From Eledone cirrhosa (lineage: Eukaryota), in the NCBI GenBank assembly GCA_964016885.1, contig OZ024743.1, positions 243,722,001 through 243,786,000 on the forward strand: DNA of 64,000 nt, read 5' to 3'. The translations under genes were made by a program, and so were the position numbers. Numbering within the stretch: position 1 is the first letter of the stretch; every line of letters begins with the position of its first letter. Of this stretch, positions 27,501 to 39,175 are shown piece after piece. Under the pieces are notes generated by a model. It did not search any database. It saw only the letters and a list, made by a program, of their open reading frames with translations, and was not told the origin of the DNA.

Positions 27501-30500
27501 TACGAAGTAAATATTAAAGTTTGTTAAAGCACATTTAAAAAATATAGGAAATTAAGATCAGGACGCTAAGTTTGTTAAAGGGATATTTTAAAAAAATTTG
27601 CCTCACCAAGGCACTGCTAAATAAAAAACGATATATATATATTATTATTATTATTTTTATTTTGCCCCTTATATTAGCAAACTTCCAGCAGAGAGAAATT
27701 GAAACCCTTAGATAATATATTGTCTCCTAAGGAGGCATTGGAGAGTTTCAGGAGAGAAGGTGACGTAATTATGATTTTTTTGTTTGTTCCTTAATCAAAC
27801 CAGAGGTGTAATGTGTATTGTGGGTTGGTGAGTGTGTGTGTATTGGAAGATGGTGTGTGTGTATTGGGAGCTGGTGTCTGTGTGTATTGGAAGTAGGTGT
27901 GTGTGTATTGGGAGCAGGTGTGTGTCTAGGGAGTGTTAACCAGTGTTCATATTCCTGAGAAATGATGATGAAAATTCCCTTAAATCTCAGTTGTAAGGGT
28001 AGTAGGCTCGTGACTGATGTTGTGAGTTCGAATCCTGGAACAAGCCGTGTGTTGCATCCTTCAGTAAGACACTTTACTTTTATGGTGCTCATAATCCACT
28101 CAACTGGAAAATATAATGGGCTGCAACAACAATGGTGCCAAGTTGTATCAGCTTTTGCCTTTCCCTTGGACAATATTGGTAGTGTGGAGAGAGTTAAGTT
28201 AAGACAAGATGAGTTAGACAGAGCTGTGTTAATCCGATCCTGGATCAGATCCAATAATACAGGCAGTTTGATAGTGTTGACTAATAATACAGCTATCAGA
28301 TCCAACCCTGCATCAGATCTGATAATACAGGCAGTCTGATAGTGCTGACAAATAATACAGACATCAGATCCGATGACAGATCAGATCTGATAGTGTTGAC
28401 TAATTATACAGACATCAGATCTGATCCTGGATCAGATACAGACAACCTGTATTATCTGATGTGTTGACTAATAATACAGACATTAGATCCGATTCCGAAT
28501 CAGATTAAAAAATAGAGTTAGTATGATAGTGTTGACTAATAATACAGGCATCGGATCCGATCCCAGATTATATAATCACCATCATCATCATCATTTCATT
28601 TTACGTTCGCTTTTTCCCTGCTTGCAAGGGTGGGACGGGAACTGATTTTGGCTTGATTTCTACAGCTGGATGCCCTTCCTAACACCAACCCCATTTACAG
28701 TGAGTGCTGGGTGCTTTTTTGCTGTGGCACCTCCACGACCATTTTGCAGTGGAATAAGATGGACCCCACTCCCTATCATCTCATTTCTACAGCTGAGTAA
28801 ACTGGAGCAATGTGAAATAAAATGTCTTGCTCAAGGAAACAACACATCACCCGGTCTGAGAATTGAACTCACAACCTTTCAAACCTGTAGAGGTTGCTAC
28901 CTGCTTGACTAATTCACACTAAACTAAACTTGCCAACAATTTCTTCAATCAATATATATATAAATTTAATGTCTGTATGTCTGACCAAAGATATCTTGAA
29001 TATAATAGCATGGTCCTCAATGATGTTAAGTTGCTGTATCCAAAAATATTTTTAATATATATATAATGGAATATATAATATATAACACATAATATAATGA
29101 TATATAACACATAGTAATTTACAAACCTTTCAAAACAGCTATTCGTTGTTGAATATGCGTAACCTTACTAGAACAGCACAACTTTAAAATTCCATTAGCA
29201 ATTAGTTGACATTGATGACATTTGTCAACTTTTCTGAAATATAAACATATACAATATATCAGACATCGTATACTGTGTATATACTTGTGTATAAGTCACA
29301 CCTATAGTTTACATACAACATTTACAATGTGCCATATCTATAACTCTGCATGTTATAACAGTCCACTAAATGTGTGGGTGCCAGGAAGATCATCTGGTAT
29401 TAAAATATTGTTTCAAGCATTACCCCATGATCAGTAAAAGGCCTGTCATGTGGCCTGCAAAGCTAACTCCTAATTTAGCATGAAAAATGGCCTTAAAGCA
29501 GTTGTATTATTATGTATTTACAGTCTACTTTATATATTGAATTGAGGTTTTGTAGGTCAAGTAGATAAATCGCTTGCTGGTTTTTAACATAGTTATTTCC
29601 ATGAGTAAAGATGCAACTTATACACTAATATATACGGTATATAAAAAGATATGATATAGCAAGATATGGTTGCTGATCCACCTAGGAAGGCAATAAATAT
29701 GAATAACAACATATTGAGATCTCAAATTTTTGGAACATAAATTATTAAGATCAATATACGATTATTGTATTACAAAAGGCAAGAGTCAAGAGATATGTCT
29801 ACAGTAATGTTTAATGGAAAAAAGTGACTACTGCATTTAGTACAGATTATCAGACAACCTCTTTAGTGCTGGGGGTATGATAAAATATACCCAATCTATG
29901 CTATGCTGTAAAATTACTGACAGTTTCTCTAGTGTTGGAGGTATGATAAATTACACCCAGCCCATGCTGTAAAATGACTGATGGCCTCTCTAGTGTTGGA
30001 GATATGATAAAATAAATTCAGCCCATGTTGTAAAGTGGCTGATAACCTTTTAAGTGCTGAGGGCATTTTATGTCCACTTTCCATGGTTGGATAATTATAT
30101 CTCACTCATGTTCCATATTTTGGCATGGCTTCGGCAGCTGGATGCATTTTATTGTTGCACCAGCACTACCACTTTGCAGTGTACTGGGTGTATTTTATTG
30201 TGGAATCAATGCTACTACTTTACTGAATGAACTGGATGCATTTTATCTTGGCACAAACATTACGATTTTACGGAATGTAATGGGTACATTTCATTGTGGC
30301 ACCAGCACTACCAATTTAGAGAGTGTAAACATAGTGAGAGACTAGAGGCTAGTGTTGGCAATCTAATGTAGACAATAAAGGGCTTCAGAGGACTCTTCAA
30401 TCTGGATGAGCATGTGACAACCTCAATACACTCTGAAAAGTGGTAGTGCTGGTGCCACGAAAAAATGCACCTGATAAGGTGTTAGGTAGGGGATTCAGTT

Positions 30501-33500
30501 GTAGAAACCATGCTAAATGTGGAACGTATTTGCAAGATGAGTTTGCACCAATCTGTCTGGTTTCAGACTGTGACAACCTGTCAAACCCTTGCCAACATGG
30601 AAATCAGACGTAAAATGATGATAACTATATATAGATGTTAAGAATTAAGTGGAGAGAGACTCTTGCATTTGTCAACGGAATTAACTAATATGGGAAAGGA
30701 AAATATTATTTGAAGCAAGAGAGCAGGCTACAGTAAGTCACAAAGTCCTGAGAAAAGGGTGTTATATCAAATAAGAGTGGGCCATAGACCCATAAGAAAC
30801 AACCATAACAGTATTAAGAAGCTGGTTAGTAATACTTACTGTTGCAAGTATGTTTCAAATGTCATGATACGATTGGAGTGTAACTTCCATAAAATCTCCA
30901 GACATAAATTGGAGGTCTAAAAAGATAACAACAACAACACAAATAGAAACAAATACAATTACGGCACACAATAAAAATAAATTACTATCAGATAACATAT
31001 TTACTTTAATGAAAGTCACTGCATATGATTTGCAAATAATTAAGAATTTGCAGGGATTTAGTGAATGGTTCAAATTTAAATATGAACATAATAAAACAAA
31101 CAGCTTTGATTTATAAAACTGGGGAGGGGGGGGGGGGGGTCAGGTGCTTTGGTATCAGTGTTTTAAAGTTTAATGCTTTTATTACTATATTTCTCATAAG
31201 ATATGCTGCCTATATTTTTGAATTAATTTTGAAAATGATTAAAATATTTGAAGGGATTTAGTAAAATAACTTGTTAGTAAGTTGGTGTTTGGAACATAAA
31301 ATATTAATACAACTGTCATCCTATTTACATTTCCCATGTCCAAACCACTGCAATCTCCTTGCCTGTACACTGCATTTGACCCCTCTTATGCCTAGTTTCT
31401 CTCAGTTCTGATGCTTTGACGATTATGCACACTATTATTACACATCCATCGGAGCATGTAAGCATCATTTCCTTCCAATCTTCATAGGGCTTCTGTAGAT
31501 CATATTGCCCAGGTCTCACTTCCAGCATTGTTGTTCGTACACAAGTATCATACAATGTCTTTCATTTTGAGGAAAAAACCTTTTGTAGCTCCCTGAACTT
31601 TTTCCATCTTGTTCTCACTCTGGCTACTATACTTTCAGAACACTTACCTCCACTGCTAATTTGGTCTCCTAGATAACAGAAAATACTTTTACAAAACCTT
31701 CTGGGCATTTAAAGGAGCTTGTTTCCTATGAGCACTTGCTACTTACTGCTCCTGTGCATTGACAACATACAAAACCTAGCCTGTGTACCCATCGTTTGCA
31801 TTTGGAACAGAGGATGGAATTTCTACCTGCTCCTGTTGTGCACCCTGAGCAAGGGGCCATGGATGCATTCTCAGCAGTTCAGATGATGGTTTAGCAGGAG
31901 TTGTGGTGCTGAGTAAAATACATCAAGTATTTGTAGGAGGTGGTGGTGGTTGATTTTTGCCTTATCTTTATCCAAACTACTGCAGTGCAACTTTGAGTGA
32001 ATCATTTGGGTAGCTGTGAGGTTTTGTTTTGGAGGGACATACTTAAAAGGATAGTTAGCATACAATTAACTAACTCAAAATGCCATAGGATCTTGGGTGG
32101 AGTGTTGCATTATATAGCAGAGGTGAGGTGATCTGATTGGTGCAGAGCTGGTGATGATTTGGTAGAGGTTTGATTCGGAAGTGAGGAAGAGACCAAGGGT
32201 ATTTGGAGTAACACTTTATTGAATGTATGTATCCATAACATCTGATGGAGCCATAGGGGTGCAATAGTGACATATGACATGTCTTGGATATTTTAAACCT
32301 GGCAGAGCCCATCTCCATGTCTGAACACAACTGATTCCAGAGAAGGAGAGACTGATAGAGAAGTAAAAAAGAGATATAGAAGAAGAATTGACTACAGTAC
32401 TGGACTCATAGTATTTTTTTATCAACCTTGAAAAGATGAAAATCAAAGTTGATGTTGGCAGGATTTAAACTCAGAGTGCAGAGATATGGAATGAAAATCG
32501 TAAAGCATTTTGTTCGATGTTCTCATAATTCTGCAATACTCTACTTGATTCTGTGTTGATGTAGAGAATTAATGATTGCAAACAACTTGGTTTCTGGACC
32601 AACTGCAACAGTATGGAATGAGTTTGAGAGACAAAATGATGGTGCATTCAATACCTTTAGCTATAAATCCCCCTTAATTCTAGCCTTGAGTATCTCATAT
32701 TTTATTCATACTTAGTTTACCTTGGATTACACTAGTCATTGTTTCCCTTATTTTCTAAGACAGCAGGCAATTTGGCTGCTATTTCTAGCATGGAGAGATA
32801 CATTACAATAACCACAATTGCTACTACTATGATCATCACTACTACTTTAACCACTACAACTACCATAATTACCCTACTACAACTATTACCACCACTGTCA
32901 CTACTATTACAAGAACAGACACTACTATTACAACCACCACCACTATAATATTACTACTATCATATAAAAACTACTATTACTACTCACAGGGGCACAGATA
33001 TATTTGTGGAAGAAGTCCACTTCAAATTGTTCCTTCATCAGTGAAATGACATCAACTATTACTTGAAGTGAAGCCTGAAATAAAAAGTAAATATGTATAA
33101 GTACATTTATTTACTGGTATCAGTCATTACACTGCAGCCATGCTGGGACACCATGTTAATGGGTTTAGTTGATTATATGAAAACCCAGTTGTTTTTTTTT
33201 TAATTTGGTACTTATGTTATTCATCTTTTTTTGGTTAAATACTCATTTATTATGGCTTAAATACTCATTTATGGCTAAGCAGTGAGCCTTGTTACTCTGG
33301 AGTTTCACCTGCACACTTGCATCATCTTACACAATTCCACTAATAAGGCATGGGTCAGCCTGAGGCTATAGTAGAAGACACATGCCTGAAATATCACCCA
33401 GTTTTGAGTGAAATCAAAAGTATGTTGTTGTGAAGCAAACTTATTAAACACAGCCATGCCATTACATGCTTGTATACAAACAGTTTACCACTGTTAATAA

Positions 33501-36500
33501 CAGATGAGCAGGTATAGAGGCCCATTTAAAATGGGCCTCTATGAGTTTTGTGTAGGAATATAGGCCTGTTTAAAATAGGTTTCTGGATGATTTTCTCTCC
33601 AGTTAGGCTGACCTAACGATCTACATCAATAGTTGTTTTCTATCCTTTTGTCATCAAGCACTACTCAATCCACTGTCTTCCTTGCTTTCCTTCTTTCACA
33701 GATTCCATCCACCTGACACCATCTATATGCATCCCATTGCCATACCAGCACAGATGCCTCTCTTACACACTACATCTGACTTTTTGTATATCCATCTTTT
33801 CCATCAGCTCATACTTCAGTGTTCATACAGAACAAACGAAATGTGTCTGAGACATCTGCAGAACACAACCCCAAATTACCATTCCTTTGTCTTCTAGTAT
33901 ATCTTCATAGTCAGCAGAGGTCTCCTCTTTGGAAAGCTGTAATATCACAGAAGCACAGAAATTTGCAGCTACAAGGCCAAAAGGTTGTCCTGAGTGAGTT
34001 TCTTCATTTCGAAGCCATTCCATACAAGCTGTGACTGTCAAAGAAGAGAAATGGTTTTATGGTTTTAGAAGAAGACATCTGGCACACATCATACTTGTCA
34101 TTCTTCCCATTCTCATCCTCCTAAGCATGTTTGATTTAGAATAAAGTATCTTTTCCCACTCACCACAAAGTAGAGAGGGCTATTCAGTTGAGTCAATGAC
34201 TGACAACTTCCTTTGGATGGTGACATGATAAAATCCACCCAGTACATTCTGTAAAGTGGTTGGTATTAAGAAGGGCATCCAGCAGTAGAAACCGTGCCAA
34301 ACGATGAGTTAAAGGGACTCTTCAATTGTGTTATGAACATGACAACTTATATGGTAGGCCACAGCAAGATTTGAACTGAGAATGTAAAGAGCTGAAACAA
34401 ATATTGCAAGGCATCTTGTCTAATGCTCTAACAATTCTGCTAATACTGGACTGGTATTATAAGCTTTCAAAAGGATGACCTCAGTGGGATTTGAACCCAA
34501 TGTACAGAGGACCTGAACAAATATATATCATCCAATATTCGAAGAACTATAGCATTGATGGTGAGTTTAGGCGAAGTGTAAAAGATTTGGTAAAAGAGGG
34601 AGGGGACATAGTGTGTTGGTGTACCTGTGGTTGGAGTGGGTTAGTGAATTGCCTGTGATAACAGTAGAAGAGGCAGAGAGAGGGTGTTGGTGTATCAATG
34701 ATTGCATCAACTCTTCTGAGTCAAGACAAAGACCACTTCTATCATTCATACAAAAACAAGACAAAATTATCCTAATGAGTAATTCTAATTCAAAAGCAGA
34801 TAGGAATTAAAATCCCTGGGAATGAGTGATTGGAGATTGTGGTGTTGGGAAAACTAACTGCAATAACCTCAGACTTCTTTCTCTGTATGCAGAGTACAAA
34901 CTTTCCAATACCTATACTGTCTTTCAGCAGAAGTATAAGTACAAAACATCATGAATGCATGCATCCCCAAATCCAAACACTAGCATCTTATTGACTACAT
35001 CATGGTCAGGCAACTAGACTTCTAAGATGTTTGGCTCAACCATGCAATGAAGAGGTTGAGTGTTGGAGAGATCATTGCATGATATCAATAAAATTTCCAT
35101 AATTGGTGCAGCATGCCATTGAGGTGCCACTCTAGACGTTTGACTGTGTGTCCATCATAGCATTTCAATGGGCCTTAGAAATGCTTGATAGTTTCTATTT
35201 CCTCTCTAAGTGTGCTATCCTTCACTAAATATAGTCTGCCTGTAGAAGCAGTTATTGGGGTATGACTGAAAAATGTCCTAGGGCCAAAAGAGAGTACTTC
35301 TTCATCCCTAAGGATGCTGCTTGATATCATGGTATTCTCTCTATTTGAATACCCTGGGTTTGAGATAATCATCATCATCATTTCATTTTACGTCCACTTT
35401 TCCCTGCTTGCAAGGGTGGGAAGGGAACAGATTCTGGCTTGATTTTCTACAGCTGGATGCCCTTCCTAACACCAACCTCATTTACAGTGAGTGCTGGGTG
35501 CTTTTTTGCCATGGCACCTCCACGACCACTTTGCAGTGGAATGATATGGACCCCAGTCTCTATCATCTCATTTCTACAGCTGAGTAAACTGGAGCAACGT
35601 GAAATAAAGTGTCTTGTTCAAGGAAACACCACATCACCCGGTCTGAGAATTGAACTCACAACCTTTCGATTGCAAGGCCAATGCTCTAACCACTAAGCCA
35701 TGTGCCTCCATAATGTTTCTTAAAATCCTGAATAATGGTATGTTTGGTATTGCAACAATGTTTCTTCAAATCACTTCAATCTATTTTCAAAGGAACATGT
35801 GTAAATATAAATATTTTAAAGCAGCTTTTTTTTTTATTGTAGAACTCAAGGCTGTTTCAGGCAGCTTGGTATCAAAAATTTTAAAACACTTATACTGATT
35901 GACTAATGGTTGTTTACTGCAACAGCAACAACACTAACAATATCAGCAGCAACATCATCAACAACAGCAGCAATAACAAGAATAGTACTTATAATGGAGA
36001 TCAAGTCACATATTCTTGCATCAATAAAATTACCTACCTCTTGAACTTGTCTTTGAATCATCTGGGATATTTATTTGGGTTGTCTGAGGAGAGAATAACA
36101 CAAAAAATATTAATAAATACCTTTGTGCAATTATAATATATATAATGGGTTGGTAAAAAGGGTAGAGGGGAATCTCGAGTCTGGCTGAGATATGAGAATC
36201 TCTCTAGTGTTGGTACCATTATAATTTGCACACAATGCACTTTGCAAAGTTGTAGTACTGGTGCTATGATAAAATGCTCCCAGTTCACTCTATAAGGTGG
36301 TTGGTGTTAGAAAGGGCCTCCAGCAATAGAAACATATCAAATATGGAATGTATATGCCAGGAGAGGTATCTGTGACCTGTCTAACTTCAGACCATAGCAT
36401 CTGAATAAAAACTGAATAAAAACTGATACATTGGTAGTGTATTTGTGTATTTATTTGCACATGTGCAAGCAAAGTAAGTTTTATAAAAAATAAATGTGTT

Positions 36501-39142
36501 TCCTTGGCTATTAGCAAAAGTAGTACAATGAGAGATTGTTGCCTGAGTCTTTTAATGGTCTCAAAATCTGGAGTCCAAGAAAGGAATGAAAAAAAAAAAA
36601 AAAGAGGTTGCCCATTAGGATGGGCATCTAGCTGTAAAAACCATGCATAAATATGGAACGTATGAGTTAGATGTGGTTGTCCAACCTGTCTGGTACCTGA
36701 CCATGACAACTCGTCCAATCCATGCCAGCATGGAAAGCAAACTGTAGGTATGAAATAACAATATTTACCTGAGCAAAAGGAAGATTTATATTCTGGTAAT
36801 AAGAAATCATCTTACAGATAGAATTTTGGAGAGATGAATCACCAGAACTCAATGTATTGTTCTTCCGTTTTCTAGATTCTGATAAAAAAAGAAAAAGATT
36901 AATAAAATCACTGAAGTTTAATTCAACATCATCATCATTTTTTAAGGCTATGAATTGGACATTCTAAGAATAGCAACCAGATGTCCCTCAAATCACACAT
37001 TTTAAAAGTTTAAAGTTTGTCTCAAGCTTGGTACTTATCCCAGTTTTTATGGCATTAAGCGACTGAGAGTACAAGACTCTCCCTGGGCAGGACGCCAGTC
37101 CATCACAGGGTTAAACTCCAGTATACTCATTTTCAGCTGAGTATACTGGAGCAACCTGAAATGAAGTGTTTTGCTCAAGAACACAGCACACAACCCAGTC
37201 CACAAATCACACATACTTTCTTTAAAAAAGGACAGGCATGATGTAATGTAGTTGTAGGTAAATTTACAGTTGATAAAAATGACATAGTCAAGACTGGGAA
37301 CACTACTGATCAGAGTAGACCAGAAGTTAAACATTAACAACATGGAATGGACTAGATTTCCCTTGGTTTTGATGATGAGTATACCAGTTACTTGATCCTC
37401 AGAACAGTCTGCGCATGGAATTAATGTGTAAGTGGCTGAGCATTCCACAGATACATAATGTAATTCTTTGGTGCCATGATAAAAGCACACAGTCTACACT
37501 GTTGGGTGGTAGTGGCAATGCACACCATGAGTGGTTGGTGTTAAGAAGGGCATCCAGCCATAAAACCATGCCAAAATGGAACATATGAGCAAGATGCAGT
37601 CATCTGACATATTTGGCCTCAGAATGTGATAATCTGTCTAATCCATGGAAGCATGGAAAATAGATGGTATGGTCCCGTAACTCCTGAGGGAGTTGTAGGG
37701 TGCCATTTTGACATATGGTGTTTCTTGGGCATTTCAAGTATGGCAGAACCCATCCCTCTCCAAGCCTGAGTACAGCAGATTTCTTTCAGAGAAGGATAGA
37801 AAGTGAGAGAGAAGAATCGACCCCCAGTACTTGACTGGTACTTTTTTTTTATCACCTTCAAAGCAGAACAAATACCACAAAGTATTCTATCTGATGTTTG
37901 AATGACTCTGCCAATAGATGTAAAACAGTGATAATGATGATGTTTCAGTGTGATAGTGTGTGACAAAGCTGACCCTTTGTATTACATTCAATGCAGTTTC
38001 CATCTACCTAATTTGACTCACAAGATATGGATCAACTTGAGACTATGGTAAATGACACTTGCAGAAGATGTCATGCAATGAGATCAAACCCTAGACCTAA
38101 TGATTGCAAAGCGAACTTCTCAACCATTTGGTCATTCTGTGTCCATCTAACAAAAACAACACTTAAATATAGTGAAATAGCTGTAAAGGCAGTGAATTGA
38201 CAGTCATTAGAGCATAGGACAAAATGTCTTGTGATATATGTTTAGCTCTTTAAACTCTAAGTTCAAGTCCTGCCGGAGGTCCTCATTGAATGTTTTGCAC
38301 CAACTCATCTTGTAGCTTCCTTCCTTGGTAAGGTCCGAAAAATTGCCATCTTTGCATGATTGGTGTCTGGGAACCATATGATGTGTCCAGCCAACTGAAA
38401 CCTGTATTCTGCCAAAATATGGTTGGGAGTTGGACTTTTTCTAGTTATACGGTAATGTCAGGTGACTTTGTAAATCTTGTATAGGCACCGTTTATAGAAA
38501 ACATCAAGTTTCCTTACCACTTTTGTTGTTATTCCAAGTCTCACACACGTATAATATTCTTGGAAGTACACTGCGAGGTTCTTGTCATCACTAGCGGTTC
38601 GCCTAACTGAAGTAACTGGTGATGCTCGTGAGGGCGCTTGGCTGTTCCTCGCCATCACTCGAGGTAACGCTACGAGAGTGCTGGCTTCCTTAAAAAATTA
38701 TTACAGAGGTTCCGGTGCTCTGCGCGTTCGTTATCCTTTGTGCTAGCAGTGGTTCGTTTGTCCACCCATTTCGCTTGCCTTTTGATGTATGTATTACCTG
38801 CTTGTGGTTTTTTTTCTTTTCCTTTTCTTTTTTATTTGTAATATTATTTATACAATTGTGAATAGAAAAGCTATATATATTTATTAAAATAGATTAAAGT
38901 TTAAGCAAAGAATCGCTGCTTTCACCCTTAACAGGATCTTCTGAAACCCTTTGGATTTTAGTCTTCACATTTATTATTATTACTATATATATATAGGCAT
39001 ACATGACTTTTAACGGTCTGAAAAATGAAAGTAAATTTATTTTCATTTTCGAACGTCGTGTTTACATTTTGTGTGTGTGTTTAGATCTAAATTAGTTACT
39101 GAGATTAAAGACAAAATCAGAGCCTCTGTCGTTTTAACTGAT

Positions 39143-39175
<33 letters not shown>

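Noticed and set aside
28986-29033. Possible FANCA exon QLNIIEDHAIIFKISL
   Set aside because: Open only as phase 0-0, whereas exon 7 ends in phase 1; weak donor
33513-33542. Small palindrome tagaggcccattt-a-aaatgggcctcta as a functional RNA
   Set aside because: Short and lacking other support; probably a transposon subterminal remnant
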